Positions 39,048 to 49,371 of a DNA stretch of 64,000 nucleotides are shown here, one piece after another. Each line of letters opens with the position of its first letter. Within the stretch, counting starts at the first letter, position 1. The DNA comes from Elsinoe ampelina (Eukaryota): positions 1,417,234-1,481,233 of the forward strand of contig ML992503.1 of the NCBI GenBank assembly GCA_010093995.1. The letters are read 5' to 3'. The position numbers and the translations under genes are program-made. A model generated the notes under the pieces. The model was given only the letters and a program-made list of their open reading frames with translations, did not search any database and was not told where the DNA came from.

Positions 39048-39391
39048 TTATGATGGGAGGTCATATCGAGAGGGTATAGCCTGCGGACCAGCCCATGGAG
39101 CCAATCCAAAGACAACCTCGTCGCCAGCAAGTCCAAGCTAGACTAGCAGGATGATCGGAACATTTGAAGAATAATTGGCGAGACGTTCAACGACCACAAG
39201 TTAATGTGAGGTCATGTGCTGGACGGCCACATTCACTGCGTTGTTGCATATATGGTGCACCGTTCAAAATTTTGCTCCGAGATGAAGCTCCGGGATGGTT
39301 TGATCGATCAAGTCCCGAGCCTTCACTTCGCAACCTCGAGATCATGGCGAGGCCGCGCTGAAGCTAGCATATCATCGAAAGCATCGCAAAG

Positions 39392-42147
39392 ATGAAGACT
39401 GGGATGCTCGCAAAGCGAGCGGATCTGGTGGCGCCACATGGCAGTCGAATCTTTGCGTACCGACATTTTCTCTCCAACCAGGTCTTGTACTCTCTTTCGC
39501 GGTCGCTAGACGTAAGTGCTATGCTTCAGAGCTGTTATTGACACTAACGAAGAACCAGAACAACTCGACGCTCAAGCAATTGACATCAGCTGGCAAGAAG
39601 ACGATTCCCCGAGCTCTTCGGAAGGATCATTGGAAACCCTTCTTCACTGTCAAATTTGGACTGCCACACCAAGGTCTAAAGGCATTCAAAAAGTTGCGGG
39701 AATGGCGGATGCTTCACGAGCTGAATTGGGATCCGAAACATGTCGGTCCACTGGACCGACCACTGGACCGACAGAAGAAGCAAGATGAGAAACGTGAAGA
39801 GGTAGATGAGCTCGGAGGTGAACGCATCGGAGGCAAGAGGATCCGACTTTCAGACTGGAAGCTCAGGAAGAAGAAGCACATCATGAATCAAGCAGAGAAT
39901 AGCGTTGCAGACCTTGCCACTGTGTTGGTGGAGCAAGAGAAGCAAGCGATCGCCTTTTCGATACAGATTGAAGAGTTCAACCAACAAGCACTCGAGTGGA
40001 TACCGAAGCTCGCGACAAACGAAGCAGCAAGACAAGAACGTCTAGAGAGCCTCAATCAGCGATTGGCCGATCTGGGATCAAGGGCGCGGACTATTAAAGA
40101 TGAGTCTGGTAAGAAATGGGATCTGTCAAGAGCCAGCAAAGTCAGAAACATCAACCGGGAGATCCACTTGGCAAAGACAGAGTACCATTACATCCGAACG
40201 CTACCAGAAAAGATTCAAGAGGCCGCAGTGAAAGGTCTCGCCGAGGAGAAGAGCATGGAATACGCCCAGATCCTACGTGATGAGATCAGTGAAACGATGA
40301 GATCGATACAGTCTCCCAAACGCAGACGGGTCGATGAAGAACTTGCAAAATTGAATGTCGGGAGAAACGAACTACTGTACGCGAAGTCGCAAGCAGACGC
40401 CGGTCGACCCGAGCAGCTGGATCAGCTCATCGCCGACAGCGAGCCCGCCCAGACCGAAGATTTTCTTAGGAATCACGACCATCCTACAATCCAGCGACTG
40501 ATTGAGGAACACAATCAGACTGTGGATGCCTTGAAGCAACAGATATCACAGTGCCGGACTGATCTCTTCCACGCAGAACATGCCATTGCCCGTGACCTAG
40601 ACGAACAGCACCGAAGTCTCCAGGCCCAGGCACGGCAGCTGTCTGACCGCCGCAATGCATTGAAAGTAGGAATTGATACAGCCGAGGAAGACTCACAAGA
40701 GCATCTGAAGCAGGAGCTAGCGTCCGTGATGCAGCAATATGAGACCGTCGTAGAGCAGATCTCCGTGATCAAGCATCAGATCTCAGCGAAGCAAAGTGAA
40801 CTCGATACGACAGCCTCGCCGGAGCAAAGGTCAGCTCGAGAGCAAGCGAGGACTGGTCTTGAGCAAGCACTTGAGCAATTGCGTGCTGCCGTACAAGCGC
40901 GCGACCGTACTAGGAGCAAGCTGCACACAGCCAAGAAGAACAAATCCGAGCAGATGACCGAAGAGAAACGAGCTCGCATTATGCAGCAAGCATCAGAGAG
41001 GATCTACAAGCTTGCCGCAAGTCTGACAAGAGGAAATGAAGTGAGTGAGCAGGTCACCTGGTCAGCCTTGATGAAGAATATGCCATCGATCGAGAAGCGT
41101 GCCAAGGCCCGATTTGAAGAGCAACAGACCCTCGCGATTCCTGGTCCCGACCCAGTGGTAGCAGAAGGAGCTGAGCCGGTCGAGGACAGCGGAATCGTCG
41201 AAGAGACTGAGAATGTCATGAACAGCGAGAGCACAAAAGCGACACCTGAGATCCCAGAGACTGAAAATGTCACAAACAGGGAGAGGACAAAAGCACCAGC
41301 TGAGATCCTAGAGAGCGAGTCCATCACACCAGTCAAGGACAGCGGAATCTCCGAAGAGACTGAAAATGCCACAGACAGCGAGAGCACAAAGGCACCAGCT
41401 GAGATCCCAGAGAGCGAATCCATGACACTGGAAGTGCCGGTCAAAGGCTACGGCACTCTGGCAATTACCCGACCTCTTCAGGAGCTCGTGTCATTGTCTT
41501 TGGACAAGATCCGCAATCTCATGGCAGGGATCAGTTTGACTCCTACGAAAGACATGCGCAACCCGACCTTCGGTCTAGCACTCTCTCCGTCTGATGAAAT
41601 GCGCCTCTCGGACGTCAGCATCGAGTGGGCTAATCCCTTGGACGCCGAATATGGATCGCAATGGCCCAGCGAGGTCCAGCACCTTCCCATGGGCTGGTCG
41701 AGGAATACCGCCCCTGCAGACCACCACGAGAGGAAGCTTGAGCTGAAATACCGGTACGGCTACGGCAAAAATAACATGCTCTTCCAACGAGATCCCGAGA
41801 CTAGCGCCGAGCACAGGGAGGAAAGACTTCGGGTGGCATTCATGGAGAAGATGATGGAGAAGATGATGAAGCGGGCAGATTCAGGCATGGTGGGGACGCA
41901 AGTAGAGGCGCCGAAGCACATTCGCAAGCCGACCGCTGCCACAACCAAGTCTGAGGATCTGGCGAGGTCAAAAGTGTTTCTGCGACGAGAGGCAAAGAGG
42001 GCCAGATTACAGCAGAAGAGGGCTAAGTTTATCGCAAAGGTCGAGGCCGGGAACCCGGAAAAGGCACAGGCGATCAGGCGGCATTGGGCAAAGGTCGAGG
42101 AAGTCAAGGCTGAGAAGAGGGCGCAGTATCAAAGTCAGGTCGAGTGA
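39392..42147 (+). CDS. MHR1: Mhr1/mL67 mitochondrial ribosomal/recombination protein with a very large coiled-coil insertion (~900 aa)
   Basis: Exon 1 39392-39511 (HGSRIFAYRHFLSNQVLYSL), intron 39512-39558, then LKQLTSAGKKTIPRALRKDHWKPF, GLKAFKKLREWRMLHELNW, MNQAENSVADLATVL and, far downstream, VSIEWANPLDAEYGSQWPSEVQH. Confidence 0.82.
41176..41428 (+). repeat. Imperfect in-frame tandem repeat inside MHR1 (about 2.5 units)
   Basis: PVEDSGIVEETENVMNSESTKATPEIP / ETENVTNRERTKAPAEILESESIT / PVKDSGISEETENATDSESTKAPAEIPESESMT; similarity is also visible at the DNA level. Confidence 0.9.
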
Positions 42148-42681
42148 TTTTGGAGTGAGAGGTAGCAGCAGCGCCGAGGCATTCTGGACGCCATGTAGTG
42201 GACATGGAGAATTGTACAGTAATATAAGATGTTGGTCTTTCATCTCCAGACTAGTCCTGTTCCATTTATAGTCTGTCACTCGCGACGCCTGTCGTAAGTC
42301 GTCAATCATGGTATCGTGAACTACTGGCTTCTTCTGATGGCAGCATGTCTACTGAACCTCACGGCCTCCACATCCCGATTTCGGATCCTGAGGTGTTCGG
42401 CATCTCATGTGGTGCGACGGGGGAAGAAACATCACCCATCCTTGGCAATTCGATACCACTTGCCCTTGCATACCATGTGAAATGTTCCGGACCGGCTTTG
42501 CGGTATGAACGCGTCACACTCTTCCCTATTACCCAACTGCCAGCGCGGATGCCGAACTTCGGAAGATACTGCCCCGCGCCTTTTTCCCCACATGCACTTG
42601 ATATAACCTGGAGGACACGACGTCTTTTGAGAGCACGGTGGCATCAAGATCCGTTTCCTAGCATTCTGTTGAGTAATTATC

Positions 42682-44031
42682 ATGTCGAGCGACAAGCCAG
42701 CACGCGATGGTGTCTGCTCAGGCGCTTACCGAGAGCATCTACCTGACCTGAGCATACCACGCTTCACGACCATGAAGACTCAGGATGCCCATGAGTATGC
42801 AGACGAGTTCCTGAACAAAGGACATCAGCCTCCGTGGCTATACGCTCTGTATAAGCACTGGCGATCACTGTTCGGGCAGCCTTACAAAGGAGTGACAAGT
42901 GACGGTCAGCATCACTTCTCCCTTGCCACTGTCGGGGCCAAGCTGATTTGTTGGACAGGCAAAGTGCGGCAGGATCTTTTTCGATTACAGGATGAAGGCA
43001 TACCGATTGACGACATCACATACGCAGCAGACGGTCTGCTATCACAACTAGACGACGCCCAGCTGAAAACAGTCCTTTACCACATCGACTCACCAGAGTG
43101 GCGATCGTGGTCCAACCCAGAATTTCTCCTCAGCGACAAAGGTCTCCGTCTGGACGAGCTTACACCCACTATCCGCGACTCCATCCTGAAGATCCTCGAG
43201 CTCACTCTCTCCCCCGAGGGCTACGCCAAAGCCATCTCCGCCATGCGCATCAACGGCTTTCTCGGCGAGCTCGTCCAGTCACCCAAAGTAATGAACGAGT
43301 TTTCCTACAACTTTGTTTTGTTCGGAAGACCATCCACTACCCGACCATGGGGCTTCTCCTTCTACGGCCATCATCTCTGCCTGAACATCTTCTTGTACCG
43401 GACTCAGATCTTCATCAGCCCATGGTTCACCGGTGCTGAGCCGAATGAGATCGATCAGGGGCCGTACGCTGGGACGACCATCCTCAATAGGGAGGCCGAC
43501 CTTGGTCTGAAGCTGATGCAGAGTCTCTCGTCCGGGTTGCAATCGAAGGCTCAGACGTACAAGCTCCTGCATGATCCTGCTATGCCTCCTGGACGATGGA
43601 ACAAGGATGACCAGCGACATCTCTGCGGCGCGTACAGAGACAACCGAATCGTGCCGTACGAGGGGATCAAGTATACATCCCTTGATCAAACCCAGCAAAG
43701 CCTTGTCTCGCAGATCCTGGAAGAGTACCTCCTCTACCTCCCTGCTCGTGCGAGGGAAATCAGGCTGAATCACATCCTCTCCTTTCCCGAGGAGACGTAC
43801 TTCAGCTGGATAGGTGGCTTTGGCGACGAGGACCCTTTCTACTACCGCATACAGAATCCTGTCGTCATTGTCGAGTTTGACCACCACAGTGGTGTGTTCT
43901 TGAACAACCAGGAGCCGAAGAAGTTCCACATCCATACGTTACTGAGGACGCCGAATGCTGGGGATTATGGTATGACGATTCGGGGTTTGATACCACCGGT
44001 GGAGGATGAGTTTGTCTGGGATGGGAAGTAG
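42682..44031 (+). CDS. DUF3500 family protein (putative His-rich metalloenzyme); probable in-frame 54-nt intron at 42905-42958
   Basis: EWRSWSNPE, GLRLDEL, LSPEGYAK, FGRPS...PWGFSFYGHHLCLN, SPWFTGAEP, YFSWIGG, YYRIQNPVVIVEFDHH, FHIHTLLRTPNAGDYG. Confidence 0.82.
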   Translation: MSSDKPARDGVCSGAYREHLPDLSIPRFTTMKTQDAHEYADEFLNKGHQPPWLYALYKHWRSLFGQPYKGVTSDGQHHFSLATVGAKLICWTGKVRQDLFRLQDEGIPIDDITYAADGLLSQLDDAQLKTVLYHIDSPEWRSWSNPEFLLSDKGLRLDELTPTIRDSILKILELTLSPEGYAKAISAMRINGFLGELVQSPKVMNEFSYNFVLFGRPSTTRPWGFSFYGHHLCLNIFLYRTQIFISPWFTGAEPNEIDQGPYAGTTILNREADLGLKLMQSLSSGLQSKAQTYKLLHDPAMPPGRWNKDDQRHLCGAYRDNRIVPYEGIKYTSLDQTQQSLVSQILEEYLLYLPARAREIRLNHILSFPEETYFSWIGGFGDEDPFYYRIQNPVVIVEFDHHSGVFLNNQEPKKFHIHTLLRTPNAGDYGMTIRGLIPPVEDEFVWDGK

Positions 44032-44090
44032 TTGTTACAATGGACGATTCAGCTTCATCGAAAGACTTTAAGCGGAAGAGTGAGCGTAGG

Positions 44091-45315
44091 TCATGCCACT
44101 GCTGTCTGAAGCTTGCCGATTGCTGATGACAGTACATCTGCTGTTGGGTCTGCTTCGAATGACTTGAGCTTGGCCTGTGCCATCTCGGTGGTGACTTGGC
44201 CTTTTGTCTCTGCAAATGCGGAAGATCGCTTGAAAGAAGGAGAAGCGACGTAGAATTCGTCGATGATGGGGTGTATGAGTACCGTCTGGTTGTGTATTGT
44301 GATCGTACTGTTCGTCGGGACTGTGACCCAATTGTCTGCTTGACGTCAGCTCAGTATCGCTATACATGAAGCGTATGGCAAACCTCTTTCGAAAGTCAGG
44401 GGTTCACTCGCCACCAGCACAATATCCGCGCCCCTATCCCTCCTCTCCATCCTATAATCCCCCGTCCCATTCTCCCCCTCCCCGCCCTTAACCCAGCTCG
44501 TCCCACTACTAAAAAACAAACTCGCCGCCTCATCCGTCCTACTCCCAACATACCTACTGCAAACCACACTCTTCCCATCCGTCACCGCAAAATTCAACAA
44601 ACTCGCCTCGACCCTCTCCCCCCTCCCCCTCACCGTCGCAATAAACCCATTCAACCTCTCAATCGTCCCCGTCAACGCCCTCCTCAACAAGGTGTGGCCC
44701 ACCCCCTTCTCCCCCTTCTGCACCTCCTCATCATCCACATCCACGCCCAACCCCTCCAACGTATCCAAAAACAACGCAAAACACCACTCACTATCCGTGC
44801 TCCCCTTGATCATATTAAACCATTTATCCCTCACATCACCCACCAACAACCTCTTCACCCCGGCCCCCCACCCCCCGACCCCCCCGTTATGCATCCACAT
44901 GACCGTCCCCCTCACGAAAGGGTGGCAATTGCTCTCCGCCAACGCCCCCTCGGTGCTCGCTCTCACGTGAGCAAACACCAGCGGCGAGACGGTCTTGCTG
45001 GCCAGCCGGGTGAGGTTGGCGCAGTTCCAGGCCGGGATTGTGGAGGTGAAGATGCATGGTTGCGGGCCGAGGAGGGGGAGGAGGGAGCGCGGCGTGTAGT
45101 AGCCTACGCCGAAGCCGTCGCCGTTGTGTGGGCGGCGGGTGTCGAGGCGGAGGCGGGAGTCGTAGGATTGGGTGAGGATGGAGTGGCGGGGGGAGAGGAT
45201 TAGGGTGGAGAGGAGGTGCGGTTGGGGGGAGGTGAAGACCTGGAGGGTGTTAGCTTGGATGGGCTAGTGGGAGGGGAAGAAGGGGGGGAGGGGGAGGTAC
45301 TAGGAAGCGACACAT
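44091..45315 (-). CDS. DUG3: Class II (Ntn) glutamine amidotransferase of the glutathione degradation complex (3 exons)
   Basis: N-terminal MCRFL (catalytic Cys2), HSILTQSYDSRLRLDTRRPHNGDGFGVGYY, PAWNCANL, FAHVRAST, NCHPF, MHNGG, GSTDSEW, VASEPLTFER/DNWVTVPTNS; stop at 44091. Confidence 0.92.
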
Positions 45316-45899
45316 TGTGTGGGTCGCTGGGTGGTTGTGGTCGGTGAAGGGTGATGCTGTAGCTGCTTGAGCTTGTTATGTGTTGTTTCAAGGTTTCATG
45401 GCTGGTTTGGCGGAGATGTGATGCCCGAGGTCAACTTGGATGCTTAAGTAGCAGGCTGGCTAGTCGTTTGATTCATTTCATTCATGCCAGCGCACTGTCC
45501 AAACACAAGAGATCGTGCTACTATTCAACAATGGCGTCAGGTCGGCAAGCGGAGCCGCGGCGTCTAACCGGCGTCTAGCGCGGCTCTCATAAACTCATAA
45601 CAGCCTTACTTTTCACTCTCTAAATAACACTATTCGTCATTGCGTGACCTCGTTCATCGAGCTAACATGTTATATCATCCAGTTCATCGTCAGATAGTAC
45701 ACGTGTCGAAGTACGCGGCCCTTCTTGGTGCTGTCCTGTAAGTGTGGCGAATCCACGTTGATGCCTCGTTTTGGATAAGCGCGGTCAGCCTCAGGCACAA
45801 GGCACATGCTGCCAGCTATTTCCTAGATGTCGCGCACTTTGGAAATTCTCTTCTCCTCTTTAAAACACCAAAAACACATCAACACGTGGTTTCACGATC

Positions 45900-47834
45900 A
45901 TGGAGGACCCGTTCCAGGACGATCCGAATTCTGATGCTCCACCAAGCAGCGCCAGCTCCGAAGAGAAGCTGGATTTCCTTCGCAGTCGCCTATGGCCCAA
46001 GAAGAAAACCGAGGACGTGGAAATGAAGGACGGTAACAACTTCGAGTGCGAAGACGCGACCATGGCCGATGCGGAGGAGCCCGCTCCTCGTAAGACGGGC
46101 ATCCTGGACCTTCCTAATCATCTGATAGAAGACATCTTCGTCTTGGCTGGTTTGCCTACTGACGTTAGGATCAACGTCAACTACGGCAGAAAGGCACCGG
46201 TCAAGTCAGAGGTGGATATGGAGGAGTGGTGGTTTGGGAATGATAAGGATGATGAAAGGGCCTATGAGGCAAAATTGGTAAGAAGCATCATCACCACCTG
46301 CAAGCGTTTTTATTTCGTCGCCGTGCCGCACATTTATCGGGAGAATCACATCGTCATCCACTGGAGGAACGGACACACGCTTGCTGGACTGGCTCAACTC
46401 TCTAACCTGGCTTTATCGAACTTGAGGAAGGTCCTGATCGTGCTCAGCGCCAGCGCTCCGGTCATTGACAACAGGGGTGTGGTTGGCGGCCCGGACATCG
46501 AACTTCACAAGGTCGACGAGCCACTGTCACTCAAATCGCCTCGCTACAAGGAACTCTCGGCCCAATGGGAAAGTATCGCCGCTCGACTCCAGGTCTGGCT
46601 GTCACCCGACATGGTCTGGTTCGATTTCGTCTGTGACTGCGCTGATCTGGAAACTGCCGTGGAAGTTGTCGAACCTTTATCTCTCATGCCTACATTACGT
46701 CATGCCTTCATACGCCTCTCACGTGTTCAGATCCCGGAAATGCAGAAGCTTGCACGCCAGGTTGCTCTCAGGGCTGTGCGTAGGACTCATGACCTTTACG
46801 GTGACCCTTTCCCGTTCCTCCGTCTTCCTCAGGAGCTACGTCAGTTGGTCCTTGATCACACAGATCTTGTCACACCTCGCAGGGAGGTCGAATGGAACCC
46901 CACGGAGAAGTTTCATGTCCGCAACTTGCGCGAAACTGTGTGCGACCTCTGCCAGTGCTTTGAGTGTCCCGGCGGCGTTCACCCTTGGACCATGCACTGG
47001 TTCATGTGGGGTGTCGAAGGTCGTCGCGCACGCACATTCTGCAATCGTTTCTGCTCTGCTTTCGAGGCTACCGGTGGAAACTTCCTATCGCAACTCGCCC
47101 AGACCTGTCTGTGCTGGCGAAACCCTCAGTACCTCTTCCTCGTCAGCAAAGAGTTCACCATCGATGCTCGTACTACCTTCTACCGCCGCAACCGCTTCAT
47201 GATCAAGCCGGCCGGTGATCAGATGCTGCCTGCTGAATCATGCATGGGCCGCACAGAAATCTCCCGCTTCCTGGGTGAGCAGATTCCTGTTTCAGCTCTG
47301 CACGCCCTCAAGCGCCTCGACATCGTCTACCCCTTCTTCGAAAACCACGGATATTTCACCCGCAACACCGAAGTAGCCAACCAGGATCTGTGCTTGACAC
47401 TCGCCGCCGTAGCGCCTTACTTGAACATTCCCAACCTCACCGTCACCATTCACATGGCAGACTACACCACCTACCGCGACAGTGATAAGGATATCTGGGA
47501 CTATGCGGCCACCCCTATCCATCTGCCGCCCCTCATCATGTTCTGCCAGGAACGCACGGTCAACTGCTGGAAGGTCCTCGCCGAACTGGGACTAAAGAAG
47601 TTCTTCGTCGTCCTCTACAGGCCCTGGAACTGGGAAAACGCCATCGAGGCCGACGATCACCAATGGTACACCCTGGTCACAAACGACGTATTCTCTGAGG
47701 TCGCATCAAGGTCCGTCATGGCTGCGATGGAGAAGGAAGTCATGGGGCCCGAATACGACAGCGAGAAGATGGGCAAGAACTTGTTGGAGAAGCCGATGTG
47801 GATGATCAGGATCGAACACCTGAGTCCGTACTAG
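45900..47834 (+). CDS. Lineage-specific protein with two F-box-like (L.LP.E.R..I) motifs
   Basis: 644-aa intronless ORF; ILDLPNHLIEDIF and FPFLRLPQELRQLVLDHTDLVTP; Cys-rich segment; FLVSKEF...FYRRNRF; MEKEVMGPEYD. Confidence 0.75.
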   Translation: MEDPFQDDPNSDAPPSSASSEEKLDFLRSRLWPKKKTEDVEMKDGNNFECEDATMADAEEPAPRKTGILDLPNHLIEDIFVLAGLPTDVRINVNYGRKAPVKSEVDMEEWWFGNDKDDERAYEAKLVRSIITTCKRFYFVAVPHIYRENHIVIHWRNGHTLAGLAQLSNLALSNLRKVLIVLSASAPVIDNRGVVGGPDIELHKVDEPLSLKSPRYKELSAQWESIAARLQVWLSPDMVWFDFVCDCADLETAVEVVEPLSLMPTLRHAFIRLSRVQIPEMQKLARQVALRAVRRTHDLYGDPFPFLRLPQELRQLVLDHTDLVTPRREVEWNPTEKFHVRNLRETVCDLCQCFECPGGVHPWTMHWFMWGVEGRRARTFCNRFCSAFEATGGNFLSQLAQTCLCWRNPQYLFLVSKEFTIDARTTFYRRNRFMIKPAGDQMLPAESCMGRTEISRFLGEQIPVSALHALKRLDIVYPFFENHGYFTRNTEVANQDLCLTLAAVAPYLNIPNLTVTIHMADYTTYRDSDKDIWDYAATPIHLPPLIMFCQERTVNCWKVLAELGLKKFFVVLYRPWNWENAIEADDHQWYTLVTNDVFSEVASRSVMAAMEKEVMGPEYDSEKMGKNLLEKPMWMIRIEHLSPY

Positions 47835-47870
47835 TTGGAGGTCTGCACCGGCGGAGACGTAAGCAGTTGG

Positions 47871-49105
47871 CTACGTAGAAGGAGCGACGCGGATAGGACA
47901 TGCCTTGAGCAGGCAACAGGACACAAGGGGTTGGTCCAAAGTGTAACATACCCGGAGCATCTTACCCCCAAAAGCGTTTGTTTTCGACATGTACACTACA
48001 GCCAGCAGTAGACAAACACAATCTACCATGCCCCTCACTCTCGTTCTTCCCTCCTTCCCCCCTCCTTCTTTTCCCCTTCCCTCTGCCCATCCCTGTCTTT
48101 CGATCAAAGATCCCCCCCTCTCCGGCACATCCCACTCCACATGCGGCCTGTCCCTCACCTCCCTCGGAACCTCAGGCCAATAATCATCCCCCTCAAACAT
48201 CGGCACCAACATCCCCATGACGAAATGCGCGGCCTGCGTCGAGTGAAACGTGGCTATGGCCGCCCGTGGACCTCTAAAAGATACGAGGTGACCTTCCCGG
48301 CGATGTCGATGTTGCGTTGTAAGTTTCTCAAGTATAGCTGATTGCTTCGGTAGCTCTGACACGATGTAGGCCATTGTATCCATCATTTAGCTGGCGGTCA
48401 GCAAATCATCTTGATTGAGGGTGGGGAAGTGATGCCTGATCCGCCAGAGTATATCCGGAATATGACACATGCGGACTTTGTGCCTCCTGTTCGCTATGGA
48501 CTGTTAGAGTAGTTGACTTACGTAGACGCGGACGCGAACTTGTGGAGGTACGATAAGCTTATGGAAGAGAAGCAAAGAGATATATTCTTCCGTGGTGATG
48601 TACCGACAACGAAACAGTACTTGGAAAGACAATGTATACGAGAACGCACAAACAAGACAATAGGAATACTACTCCCCTGGTGACGTCCTCATCGGGCTGC
48701 CTCCACTGCTTGACCCACTAGCTGATGATGAGGAGCTGCTCGCGATTGGTGGGGCTCCTTTGGTGGGACTTTTCATACTACTTTACCTCAAACAGATAGA
48801 AGCCATGGACCGTCTATATAGTCAGCACAAGAAGGACAAGCAGCTGTTGTAAAGCCGTGCCAGACAGGTGGAGGTTGGCCATGACAGCTCAGCGAGCGTG
48901 GGTCTCGAGGATTGTGCTCCTTCCACGATGTTGCGGGATCTGCGGTGCAGTCAAATAAGATGCTAGTCTTCAAATCGGACTCTACGTACTGATCATACAG
49001 TATCATGTTTTCTAGTCCCACTGCCCATGACTGGGGATTCCCACGTCCTGTGTGCTACATGAGCGCGCCATCACCGCCGGCAGCACCAGCCTCGAGAATC
49101 GACAT
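47871..49105 (-). pseudogene. Probable decayed gene of unknown function
   Basis: 171-aa 3' ORF (47871-48386), plus an upstream protein-like frame interrupted by several TAG codons and a vestigial 21-nt GTAAGT..CTAACAG intron-like element (48501-48521). No family recognised. Confidence 0.3.
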
Positions 49106-49371
49106 GCAGCGTGAAAGCGTCCAGATATAGATCAAACCGGTGAAAGCAGTGTTTCACGATTCGGTTTCAAACACTGACTGCGTATGGGAAAGTACCGTCT
49201 GGTAGTTTGTTGATGGAGCTACGCGATGAGAGAGATGCCACGTGTGCGGCGCGGTCGGAGAGGTGCCTTGCCGCTTTGCGTCCACCACTCGTCGTAGGTA
49301 CAGTACTTCTCACTTTCAATGATCTTCACTCTCCACGACCATGACAAACGTGTCTTTGTTTTCTGTGCATC

